Below, piece after piece: positions 1 to 8,798 of a DNA stretch of 64,000 nt. A program made the translations under genes and the position numbers. Below the pieces are notes generated by a model. The model was not told the DNA's origin. It made no database searches and saw only the letters and a list, made by a program, of their open reading frames with translations. Source of the stretch: Hormoscilla sp. (lineage in GTDB: Bacteria > Cyanobacteriota > Cyanobacteriia > Cyanobacteriales > Desertifilaceae); the NCBI GenBank assembly GCA_051439505.1, contig JBFRWI010000208.1, forward strand, positions 16,151 to 80,150. Reading direction: 5' to 3'. The stretch's first letter is position 1; every line of letters starts with the position of its first letter.

Positions 1-78
1 AAAGGTAAGACAACTGGGGTAGTCTTTAATGAACGGGAAATCGCCATTGCTGCCGAACGTGGTATAGAGGTGCGTTAA
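1..78 (+). CDS. 3' end of a gene running in from the left edge, possibly an AAA-family ATPase
   Basis: Frame 1 reads KGKTTGVVFNEREIAIAAERGIEVR*. C-terminal 'IEVR*' followed by a DUF3226-like start is typical of AAA ATPase/DUF3226 pairs. Confidence 0.45.
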   Translation, partial: KGKTTGVVFNEREIAIAAERGIEVR

Positions 79-82
79 TTAT

Positions 83-235
83 ATGACAGGTCTGCACAAA
101 AAGAAGCTCTTAGTAGAAGGTGACTCTGATAAGCGAGTCATACCAGTATTGATTGAAGCTAATGGCATTCCTTGGGGAGAAAAAAAGGTTTGGCTGCGAT
201 CGGGGAAACTACGGCGGACTGTGTCGGGATCTTGA
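83..235 (+). pseudogene. Truncated DUF3226-like (TOPRIM-like) protein
   Basis: MTGLHKKKLLVEGDSDKRVIPVLIEANGIPWGEKK, then loss of similarity and a stop after about 50 codons; has the LLVEGxxD motif. Confidence 0.55.
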
Positions 236-463
236 GATTCTTGGCACGGGGCCTATCCATCAGTAGCCCAGAAACCCGGTTTTTGGGAAAAACCGGGTTT
301 CTTAATTTAATGTTAGGGGGGGCGATCGCCTGTTTTGGGTGTATACTATAGATACCCACTTTAGGAAGGTTATTAGTCGGTTTTAACCGACTTTAGCTAT
401 GACGCGGGGGTGGGATACCCCCGGCGGGCTAAAAGCGTAGTACTAATTACACGGGACACATTG

Positions 464-1363
464 ATGCTGCAACCAGGCACATTATGGCAAAAGATAACTG
501 AACGCACCGCCCATGCACTCGCCTGCGGTGCCCTCCAACCCATTCCCACAGAATGCGAGTTGGTGGAAGACTCTGGTATTCGCTTTTTAGTGCGGATCTT
601 GTCCAACCTCGCCCGCAAGGATGCTGCCAAAAAGCAGCAAGACAAGAAAACAGCTAGTTCGGGTAAGGAATTTAACCCCTTCCTTCCCTACGAGGAGGAT
701 CTGTTTGTTGCTGACATTTCCGAGACTCACCTATGTCTGTTAAACAAATATAATGTTGTCGATAGTCATATACTGATCGTCACCCGATCTTTTGAAGAAC
801 AGGAAACTTGGCTTACGGAGCAAGATTTTCAGGCGATGTGGGCTTGCATGGCTGAATTTTCAGGCTTGGCATTTTATAATGGTGGGAAAATTGCAGGTGC
901 CAGTCAGCGACACAAGCATTTGCAAATTGTCCCCCTCCCCCTCGGTGACGGACCCCAGACTCCTATCCATGAGGCGATCGCATCGGCAACATTTGACGAT
1001 CCTGTGGGCAGGACCGCAAGCTTTCCTTTCCGACATGCGATCGCCCGTTTCGACCCCGACTTAGTAAAATCTCCCCAAGAGGCTAGTAAATTTACCCGGG
1101 ACTGCTATCATAAACTGTTAGCTGCTGTAGGATTAGAGGTAACTGGCAACAGGCAATCCGGTGCCTACAATCTCCTCGCTACCAGGGAATGGATGCTACT
1201 CGTCCCCCGATCGCGGGAAGATTTCCAATCAATATCAGTTAACTCCCTGGGATTTGCCGGGGCCCTGTTGGTCCGCAACCAGCTGCAAATGCAGATTCTC
1301 AAAGATTGCGGTCCCATGACCATCCTCAGCACAGTAGCCCCGCCCCCAATACTTCTCGGTTAA
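464..1363 (+). CDS. ATP adenylyltransferase / Ap4A phosphorylase II family
   Basis: FNPFLPYEEDLFV, LLNKYNVV, FYNGG..AGASQRHKHLQ (HIT-like) and NSLGFAG motifs. ATG 464 preferred over ORF start 410. Confidence 0.9.
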   Translation: MLQPGTLWQKITERTAHALACGALQPIPTECELVEDSGIRFLVRILSNLARKDAAKKQQDKKTASSGKEFNPFLPYEEDLFVADISETHLCLLNKYNVVDSHILIVTRSFEEQETWLTEQDFQAMWACMAEFSGLAFYNGGKIAGASQRHKHLQIVPLPLGDGPQTPIHEAIASATFDDPVGRTASFPFRHAIARFDPDLVKSPQEASKFTRDCYHKLLAAVGLEVTGNRQSGAYNLLATREWMLLVPRSREDFQSISVNSLGFAGALLVRNQLQMQILKDCGPMTILSTVAPPPILLG

Positions 1364-1573
1364 CAACCTGTCATTGCGAGGGGGAAGCAAAAATAGACAT
1401 TTTAGGGCTCTCCGCCGAGATCCCCCCGAAGCAATCTCACCGACGACGCCGAAGTACTCTTAATCTCATACAGGACGGGGATTGCTTCGGGGGGGTTAAC
1501 TCAATTGAGCATAAGTTATCGCTACGTACCCCCCCTCGCAATGACAAATAAAATGTTTAGCCGAGAAGTATTT
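1349..1573. mobile_element. Nested MITE-like insertion with target-site duplication
   Basis: Outer inverted repeats ATACTTCTCGGTTAA / TTAGCCGAGAAGTAT; inner inverted repeats TGTCATTGCGAGGGG (1369) / CCCCTCGCAATGACA (1546); flanking 12-bp near-direct repeat at 1337-1348 and 1574-1585. Confidence 0.7.
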
Positions 1574-1648
1574 GCACCGCCCCCATGACAGCCTTTGTGT
1601 ATTAGAATATTAAGAAAAGTAAACAACTCAGCCAACAACTAGACAATT

Positions 1649-2308
1649 ATGGCCCTATTTGGACTCGGTCAGAAAAAACTCACCCTTCCCACTCCCGAAA
1701 CCGCCTTGCCAGGACGGACAGCGACTATGCCCGTCCCCTCTCAACATCATGTCAACGGCAACCCCCTCAAACCTCCCTATCCCGATGGACTGGAAATGGC
1801 AATGTTTGGTTTGGGCTGTTTCTGGGGCGCGGAACGCAAATTCTGGCAACAAGAAGGGGTTTTCACCACCGCAGTGGGTTACGCAGCAGGGGTAACTCCC
1901 AACCCTACCTATAGGGAAGTCTGTAGCGGCATGACGGGTCACAATGAAGTAGTGCGCGTAGTGTTCGACCCCAAAGTCATCAGTTACGAAACCCTGCTGC
2001 AAGTCTTCTGGGAAAGTCACGACCCCACCCAAGGAATGCGCCAGGGCAATGACACCGGCACCCAGTATCGATCGGGCATTTACGTTTATTCCGATGCCCA
2101 AAAGAAACTCGCCGAAACCTCACGAGACATTTATCAGCAAGCCCTGAGCAAGGCAGGTAAGGGTAAAATCACAACAGAGATTATTGAGGCACCCGAATTC
2201 TACTACGCGGAGGACTACCATCAGCAGTACCTGGCCAAAAACCCCAATGGTTATTGCGGTCTGGGTGGCACTAAAGTTAGTTTCCCGGCAATGGCGCTTC
2301 AGTCGTAG
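1649..2308 (+). CDS. msrA: Peptide-methionine (S)-S-oxide reductase
   Basis: [16 protein letters not shown] and AEDYHQQYL motifs. Confidence 0.97.
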   Translation: MALFGLGQKKLTLPTPETALPGRTATMPVPSQHHVNGNPLKPPYPDGLEMAMFGLGCFWGAERKFWQQEGVFTTAVGYAAGVTPNPTYREVCSGMTGHNEVVRVVFDPKVISYETLLQVFWESHDPTQGMRQGNDTGTQYRSGIYVYSDAQKKLAETSRDIYQQALSKAGKGKITTEIIEAPEFYYAEDYHQQYLAKNPNGYCGLGGTKVSFPAMALQS

Positions 2309-2325
2309 GGTGGGCACCGCCCACC
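2305..2325. repeat. Short dispersed palindromic repeat GTAGGGTGGGCANYGCCCACC (family representative)
   Basis: Related copies near 5925, 13372, 22443, 26983, 27027, 53948, 54087, 57530 and 57555. Confidence 0.8.
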
Positions 2326-2453
2326 ATTGTCTTGGTCTTTGACCGATATTTACCCAAGAAACCCGGTTTCTCAGCCCCACGCGATCGCCTAAAGAAACCG
2401 GGTTTCTACGAATCTTCGTCTTTAACCGATAATTGACAATTGTCAATTCACCA

Positions 2454-3035
2454 TTACCCAGCTTTTGCCTCACCCAGCTTCCAAGTCAGACTAGAAATCA
2501 CATTAATGATCACGTGAGCGACGATCGGGACCAATAAATTGCCAGTTTCTAAGGCAGCATATCCCAGCACCAACCCCACTGCCGTCGCCCAAATCACATA
2601 AGGCCATCGTTCCATGCCGCTAAAGTGCAATACCCCAAAGCAGACACTCGATACAGTTAAACCTACAACATTCAACCCGAAAGCTGGCAGGATCACCCCT
2701 CTAAAGAGCAATTCCTCACTCAATCCCGGTAATAATCCTAGCCAAATAAAATCAACATAGAATAAAGGTTCCAGCACCAATCTTAAATATAAATCAGCAC
2801 TTTCCCGGTAAGCGGGCCAGATTCTATAAACGATCGCACTTGCCCCGGTCACGCCCAGTCCCACTCCCGCACCCAAGAGCAAAAATTCCGGTTTCCAGAA
2901 CAGCGGCAGTTGCGGCACCGGATCGAAGTGTAGCCACACCTTTGCCACTATCAGCAATAGCACTGCTGTTACCCCCATCGCAATCAAAACTTGCGGGCGC
3001 GTCATGGGTTCTAATTCTGGATTCTCATTTGTCAT
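2454..3035 (-). CDS. CPBP family (CAAX/Abi) intramembrane metalloprotease
   Basis: EELLFRG, FGVLH and AHVIIN motifs in a hydrophobic protein. Confidence 0.9.
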   Translation of the reverse strand: MTNENPELEPMTRPQVLIAMGVTAVLLLIVAKVWLHFDPVPQLPLFWKPEFLLLGAGVGLGVTGASAIVYRIWPAYRESADLYLRLVLEPLFYVDFIWLGLLPGLSEELLFRGVILPAFGLNVVGLTVSSVCFGVLHFSGMERWPYVIWATAVGLVLGYAALETGNLLVPIVAHVIINVISSLTWKLGEAKAG

Positions 3036-3063
3036 TTGTCAGTTGTTATTTGTTAGCTGTCGG

Positions 3064-4143
3064 CTATTTATCGCTAATGGTCGATAAACAATTTAATGAT
3101 GATATGCTCGGGCTAAGGGCATCAGGACTAATGCCTGCCCGATCGGCCACCAAGACGCCCAATGCCTCTAAATACGATTGTACCTGCAAAGCCTTGATTC
3201 CGATCGCATCTGGGGGCACATTCATCCGAGTTACATTATCTGCCACCGCGATAATTTTGGCGGGAGACTGACTCAAACTGAGCAGGCCACTACCGCCGCA
3301 AGCAGTTGCTGGCACTACCACTGCATCTACTTGCTCTGCCCAAATATCTCCTGGTTGGGGCAATTCATCAGTACCCTTAACTACAAATTGGGGGGCGCGA
3401 CTCAGTCCCACTAACACGCAGGGTAAGAAAGTATAGCCCAATTCTTCGGCGGCGCAGCGAGGGGACAGTTGCGGATCTAGGGGCAACGGCAATAGTGCTG
3501 GTGCATGGGCACAGGGAATTTGGAATTCCCGCACCACCAGGTGACTTATTACTGCTTCCGCACCCGCGATCGGGTCCACTCCCCGTCCGTGGCGATAGTT
3601 TTGCAACTCATCGCTTTCCGTATCGTCCGGGAACCGGGCCACCACCGCGATCGCCTCTGCTTGGGCCTTCGATATCAGTAATTCTGCGGCCCGCAACAGA
3701 CTATCGGGATTGGCAATTGTCCCCCAACTAGCACCGGTGGTCGAGCTGCGCAATTCCACCTGTAACGGTGCGTCCGTCACCACATAGTCCGTCAGAGACA
3801 GACCCAAAGTTGCTCTCGTAGCGTCCGCTGCTTGCAGGTGCCGCAGGCGCAGATCCGGTTCTATCCCCCCATCGAGAATCAAACCCACCCGGTTCTGATG
3901 TACCGGTCGCAGTCCGTAGCATCCTGCCGCAAATTTGTCAAGACCATAGCCTTCCACATAGAAGGCATTAGGTAAATTCCAGTACAGTTGGGCACCATTG
4001 AGCACGTTCGGGTGGGTAATCAGGCGATCGCAGATTTGGGCGATCGCGCGAGCGACGGGCATTGCATCTCCAGCATAGCCACCAATTGCGGCCCCCACAC
4101 CCGTGGGGACGATCAACACCACAGTGTAAGGACGCTTGTTCAC
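3064..4143 (-). CDS. DUF3326 domain protein
   Basis: IVPTGVGAAIGGYAGDA, THPNVLNGA and EELGYTFLPCVL; conserved context with CPBP protease and ferredoxin. Confidence 0.85.
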   Translation of the reverse strand: MNKRPYTVVLIVPTGVGAAIGGYAGDAMPVARAIAQICDRLITHPNVLNGAQLYWNLPNAFYVEGYGLDKFAAGCYGLRPVHQNRVGLILDGGIEPDLRLRHLQAADATRATLGLSLTDYVVTDAPLQVELRSSTTGASWGTIANPDSLLRAAELLISKAQAEAIAVVARFPDDTESDELQNYRHGRGVDPIAGAEAVISHLVVREFQIPCAHAPALLPLPLDPQLSPRCAAEELGYTFLPCVLVGLSRAPQFVVKGTDELPQPGDIWAEQVDAVVVPATACGGSGLLSLSQSPAKIIAVADNVTRMNVPPDAIGIKALQVQSYLEALGVLVADRAGISPDALSPSISSLNCLSTISDK

Positions 4144-4337
4144 TTTGATACAGCAGACTGCTGAGATGCTACCGTGACAATAGCCTCAACCTGGGCTGTT
4201 TGCCCTTCGGTGTCAACGCTAGTAACTGCCCAGCGTAGGGGTTCGCCCCGGCGCTGCAACTCTGCTTCAATTTCTTGATGCAGTTCGGATGGAGTTGCTT
4301 GCAAATCAATCTCTGCCGTGATAAAATGGGTTGTCAT
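4140..4337 (-). CDS. Conserved small cyanobacterial hypothetical protein
   Basis: MTTHFITAEIDL...GEPLRWAVTSVD; stop overlaps the DUF3326 start. Confidence 0.75.
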   Translation of the reverse strand: MTTHFITAEIDLQATPSELHQEIEAELQRRGEPLRWAVTSVDTEGQTAQVEAIVTVASQQSAVSK

Positions 4338-4370
4338 CGGGTAATTCTCACGAATAATATTTTCCAAGGG

Positions 4371-4694
4371 CTACTTTTCCGGACGACCAAACTGGCGCTC
4401 GTACACATCATCTTCCTTTTCGGTGATCGCTTTCAGGTCCGATCGGGGGTATGATACGCAGAGCAAGGCATAACCTTCCTTTTGCAAATCTGGACTGAGT
4501 CCCATACCCTCACTTTGATCGACAGTTCCTGACTCTAGCATGGCAGCACAGGTAGTACAAACACCAGCATTACAGGCGTTGGGCAACTCCAGTCCTGCCT
4601 CCTCAGCAACTTCTAGGATCTTCCGATCCTCTGGTACTTGCAGGGTATGGGTATTGCCTTGGTGGTTAATTTCGACAGTATAAGTCTGAGGCAT
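4371..4694 (-). CDS. Plant-type 2Fe-2S ferredoxin
   Basis: CNAGVCTTC...LLCV cysteine pattern. Confidence 0.95.
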   Translation of the reverse strand: MPQTYTVEINHQGNTHTLQVPEDRKILEVAEEAGLELPNACNAGVCTTCAAMLESGTVDQSEGMGLSPDLQKEGYALLCVSYPRSDLKAITEKEDDVYERQFGRPEK

Positions 4695-5073
4695 AACTTG
4701 GTCTAGTGGGCAACTGCCTGTTACAAAACTACATCTGCTTATTTTTTCACGACGCCTGAGAAAATTCCTAGTTAAAGGATTTATTTAAGAATTTACCCCC
4801 TCCAACTGCGCGGGCTATATACATTTATCATTTGTGTACCCAGCTTAAGCTATCAACTACTTATGACCACAACCCCTTATTGATGGCGATCGCCACCTAC
4901 ACCGCACCGGTGTATACAGGCTCCTTCGGTGCCAGGTTATCGCTGCGTGGTCCCTGAGCGTGAGCCGAAGGGAGGTTATTACTCGCAGTCGCCACCTGCA
5001 TGAACCGGCGTTGGTAGGAGGAGCCGCCCGACAAGAGCGCATCACTGTACCAACTGGTACATCTATACTTCCC

Positions 5074-5143
5074 TTAGCAATTAGCACTTCGCACTTAGCA
5101 ATTAGCAATTAGCAATTAGCAATGAGCAATTAGCAATAAGCAA
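5074..5143. repeat. Heptameric short tandem repeat (TTAGCAA)n
   Basis: Directly visible. Similar heptamer arrays near 10308, 11385, 15165, 43271, 47690, 53995, 57445 and 59466. Confidence 0.85.
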
Positions 5144-5188
5144 AACCTACAACAAAACCCCTGTAATGGATACAAGGGCCAATGGGTT

Positions 5189-5374
5189 AGGTTTACCGCA
5201 GTGCCGTCTTACCTCAGTTTTTGACCTGGTTGCACCAGGTGGGTACCCAGGTTCGATAGCTTTCGTGTCCGGTTACTGGCCGGCATACTGCCGCTAGAAC
5301 TACACGGGTTCCCGTTATCTCAAGGCATAGATCATAAAACTTTATTGGCAGTCACCAACACCGCAGTAGAACCT
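5189..5374 (-). ncRNA. ssrS: 6S RNA
   Basis: 186-nt rod: 5' AGGTTCTACTGCGGTGTTG pairs with 3' CGGCACTGCGGTAAACCT. Contains the cyanobacterial 6S core GGGAACCCGTGTAGTTC ... CCACCTGGTGCAACCAGGTCAA. Lies downstream of purK, the usual cyanobacterial position. Confidence 0.9.
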
Positions 5375-5378
5375 GTTA

Positions 5379-5538
5379 CCGTTACATAAGACTTACCCAA
5401 AGTTGCCCATCACTGGACATCTCTGGAACTTACTTCCTGCTTCACTCTGGTAGTGTCGGCACTGACCAGTCCACAGGCTAACACCGCCTAACTGGCGGCT
5501 ATTTCCAAATTAATGGAGGCAGATCTATTTCCAGACCA
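5379..5538 (-). mobile_element. Remnant of IS200/605- or IS607-type tnpB 3' end and right end (omegaRNA-like)
   Basis: Minus strand reads, across a frameshift, GLEID..ASINLEIAAS*AVLACGLVSADTTRVKQEVSS and ends in TTTGGGTAAGTCTTATGTAACGG, resembling cyanobacterial tnpB tails and right ends. Confidence 0.65.
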
Positions 5539-5545
5539 TGTTTTT

Positions 5546-5554
5546 ATTATAGCA
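5546..5554 (-). promoter_or_regulatory. Extended -10 promoter element TGCTATAAT
   Basis: Perfect TGnTATAAT pointing at the tnpB remnant and the 6S RNA. Confidence 0.55.
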
Positions 5555-5941
5555 ATCTTTCCGGTGAAAGTTATCCGAGATAACAATAAACTTGACTAAT
5601 TGGGCGGAACATATCAATTCAATAGGTCACTTAAAAACCGCGATTCTTACCCCTACCGGGAACAATGTCCAAAAGTGGACAATAATTTACTTACAGCTTC
5701 TCACCCATAGTAGCATGAGTTTCACTTTTGTGGCTGCTGATTTTTCCCAAGTGCTTGAGATCCGTTCGTAGTAGGGTGTGGCTCCGGAACCCGTTGGTAG
5801 TAACCCGAACCCTAAAGGGCCCGGCTACACGGACAAAGCCCGCCTGCGCGGGCTACACATGTACCTGGCTATCAACTACTTTTGACCACACCGTTCGTAG
5901 TAAGACACACTTTACGGCTTCACCGGTGGGCGGTGCCCACC

Positions 5942-7063
5942 CTACGAGTACCATATAGATTCTACTTTCTGGGCGATCGCCAATGCCTCATCTCTGTTGG
6001 GGGTCTCCAGCAGCACCGTCACGTGACCCAACTTCCGACCGGGACGAGATTGAGTCTTACCGTACCAATATACCCGCGAGCCGGGGATGGCGGCCAACTC
6101 TTGACGCTTAATAAAATAGTCCCCTGTTGCCACCTCATAACCCAACAAATTAATCATGACGGCACCAGTACAGTTTAAGGCCGTATTGCCCACCGGCAGT
6201 TGACAGACCATTCTCAGATGCTGCTCAAATTGGGAAGTTTGGCAAGCATCTAGAGTAAAATGGCCAGAGTTATGGGTCCGAGGGGCAATTTCATTTACCA
6301 ATAGCTTGCCAGAACTGGTTAAAAATAGCTCAATGCCAAAGACCCCCACCACTTCCAGACTGTCCAAAAGGGTGCGGGCGATCGCCTCTATCTGTTCTCT
6401 GACAGCTATAGTAATCTGGGCAGGCACCAGTACCCGACGGCAAACTTGGTCTTCCTGCTGGGTTTCCACCACCGGATAGACCACCACCTCGCCAGTGACA
6501 GAACGGGCCGCGATCGCGGCCAACTCCCGTTCAAAAGGGATAAATTCTTCTAGCAATGCCGGGGTTTGTCCCAGTTGTTGTAAAGTTAAGTCTAGGGCCT
6601 GACGGTCTTTCAGGATAAAAGTCCCTTGACCATCATAGCCGTGGCGTCGGGCCTTGACTACCACCGGGAAAGACCAATCTTGAAGATCTAGTTTTCCATT
6701 GAGGGGGATAAACTTAGGAACGGGTACACCCAGTTGCTGCAAGTAACAGCGCTGATCGTACTTATCTAGCAGTGGGGCTAAAGCCTCCAGTTTGGGGCGA
6801 AAACAAACACCCTCGCTGGCCATAGGTTTGAGGGCATCCAGGTTAATAAACTCATTTTCAAAGGTAATGACATCACAGCGATCGGCTAGTTGGGCGGTAG
6901 CGGCAGCATCATCTATTGGTGCCAGGATGACATCAGCAGCATCCGCCACTGCTGGATCTGACTTGTTGGGCGTTTGCACCACCAGTTCTATATCCAAAGA
7001 CTTAGCTGCACCCGCCATCATCCAGGCCAACTGTCCGCCACCGATCACGCCTACTCGTTTCAC
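5942..7063 (-). CDS. purK: N5-carboxyaminoimidazole ribonucleotide synthase
   Basis: GVIGGGQLAWMM, TFENE, GYDGQG, NEIAPRTHNSGH and RKLGHV. GTG 7063 follows an AG-rich RBS (ORF extends to 7156). Confidence 0.95.
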   Translation of the reverse strand: MKRVGVIGGGQLAWMMAGAAKSLDIELVVQTPNKSDPAVADAADVILAPIDDAAATAQLADRCDVITFENEFINLDALKPMASEGVCFRPKLEALAPLLDKYDQRCYLQQLGVPVPKFIPLNGKLDLQDWSFPVVVKARRHGYDGQGTFILKDRQALDLTLQQLGQTPALLEEFIPFERELAAIAARSVTGEVVVYPVVETQQEDQVCRRVLVPAQITIAVREQIEAIARTLLDSLEVVGVFGIELFLTSSGKLLVNEIAPRTHNSGHFTLDACQTSQFEQHLRMVCQLPVGNTALNCTGAVMINLLGYEVATGDYFIKRQELAAIPGSRVYWYGKTQSRPGRKLGHVTVLLETPNRDEALAIAQKVESIWYS

Positions 7064-7330
7064 TTGCTGTTGTCCCTTCCCTCTTAACCTGACAATAATC
7101 TTAACCGGACGATCGGGCAACTGCCGATCTATCTTAGTATAGATCGTAGCCGTCAATTATGCAACACAGAGGCCAACTTCTTTCTCAAATAGTTTTACCC
7201 TACCTTAAGGATCGCATTTTTCCCCTCGGACGGAGATATTTGTAGGGGTTGACATTCGATCTAGGGATGGGTTAGAGTGTATATTACCATAAGTAGTAAA
7301 AAGAATAGGGAAAATAACGAAGCAAGTCCT

Positions 7331-8761
7331 ATGGTGCAAATTTCGGAAAGAATTCAGAATATAGAAGAGTCGATCTTTGTCAAGATCGCCGGTCTGGCCA
7401 AGAAAGAAAAAGATGCGATCGGGTTTAATACGGGCTCGCCAGGTCATGGTTGTGCAAGACAGGTGACCGAAGCAATAAATCAGGTTAAGGCCCGGGAAAT
7501 ATCCATCTACCGCACTCCTCACTATGGATCGGAGCAAGGGCGAAAGGACGCAGCGGAGTATTTCCAGCAGCGGTACGGCATAGAATTAGATCCCCATCGA
7601 CATATTAATATCACAACGGGGTTTACCCATCTATTCAAATGTCTGTGTGAAACAATCCTCAATCCTGGAGATACAGCAATTTTTATAGAACCGACCTTTC
7701 CCCAATATCAACAGCCAGTTACCCTGGCAGGGGGAAAAATGGTAGTTATCCCCACCAGTGAGAAAGAAAAGTGGAAACCAAAACCAGAAGCAATAAGAGG
7801 GGCATTGAACAACCATCCCGATGCAAAAATGATAGTATTTAACTATCCGAATAATCCTTCTGGGGCCACTCTCACGGAGCCAGAGTGGAATGAAATTATC
7901 GATGTCTTAATAGAGGCGATCGCCAGCAGTACAAAAGAGAAAAAAGAATTTCCCCTGGTGCTGCTAGATGAGGCATATGTGCCCCTGTTTCATCGTGGAG
8001 AATTGCACGAACATCCCACCTTTGGTTTAACTTTGCATAAAAGGATGCAGGGGGCAACAGCAGCGGAATTGGCCCGACTGGAAGAGTTGATGGCATCAAG
8101 TCTAATAGCCTGTACGATTTCTAAAGAAGGGATGGCAGGGGTGTTGCTGGGGATGGCAGCGTCCAAGAATGAAAAGCTGATGAAAGCTCTGCGGATACCT
8201 CAAAAGGCTAGCGTGATTACTTGCAGTGCGATCGGAGAAATGGCCTTAAGTGCCATGGTGAAACCGGATCCAGAAGGCACGATGGCTTGGGCGGGAAAGC
8301 TTTATGAGAGCAGACTGAATCAATTGGGGAATGGCTTGAATAGCATCTTTGCAAAACATGGTATAATGGGAGAAAAGCCTGGGAGTTTTATTCCGGAAGC
8401 GGGCATGTATCTTTACAGTAACTTTTCGGGGTTGAAGGGCTACAAAATAACGGCAGAGTTTTTGTCAAGACTGGAGGAGGTGGCAGCCGGAAAATTGCAT
8501 CTTGAGGATTTATATATCGATAAGCAGATGCAGACAAATTTGGAAATTGCTTTGTGGTTGCTATTGTCGGCGAAGGTGTCGGTAGTGCCAATGGGAAGAC
8601 CAGAAGATTGTTATATTAGGTTTGCAGTGGGTATGGATCGGGCGATGGTGGAAACGGCAGATTTGGGAGTCGATCGGGAAAAAACAGCAAGCTTAGGGAA
8701 AGAGTTGATCGATCGAGCCCTAGTGCAAATTGACGGATCCTTGTCAAAACTGATAAAATGA
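7331..8761 (+). CDS. PLP-dependent fold-type I enzyme (aminotransferase class I/II family), atypical
   Basis: EPTFPQY, NYPNNPSGA, LDEAY, ISK (Schiff-base Lys) and YIRFA. ATG 7331 preferred. Confidence 0.85.
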   Translation: MVQISERIQNIEESIFVKIAGLAKKEKDAIGFNTGSPGHGCARQVTEAINQVKAREISIYRTPHYGSEQGRKDAAEYFQQRYGIELDPHRHINITTGFTHLFKCLCETILNPGDTAIFIEPTFPQYQQPVTLAGGKMVVIPTSEKEKWKPKPEAIRGALNNHPDAKMIVFNYPNNPSGATLTEPEWNEIIDVLIEAIASSTKEKKEFPLVLLDEAYVPLFHRGELHEHPTFGLTLHKRMQGATAAELARLEELMASSLIACTISKEGMAGVLLGMAASKNEKLMKALRIPQKASVITCSAIGEMALSAMVKPDPEGTMAWAGKLYESRLNQLGNGLNSIFAKHGIMGEKPGSFIPEAGMYLYSNFSGLKGYKITAEFLSRLEEVAAGKLHLEDLYIDKQMQTNLEIALWLLLSAKVSVVPMGRPEDCYIRFAVGMDRAMVETADLGVDREKTASLGKELIDRALVQIDGSLSKLIK

Positions 8762-8798
8762 ACAGCATCAGTTCCGGAATTTAAGGAGGCAGAAGAAA

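Noticed and set aside
4857..5108. 83-aa ORF
   Set aside because: Starts inside a heptamer repeat, includes a palindromic repeat and has no recognisable motif.
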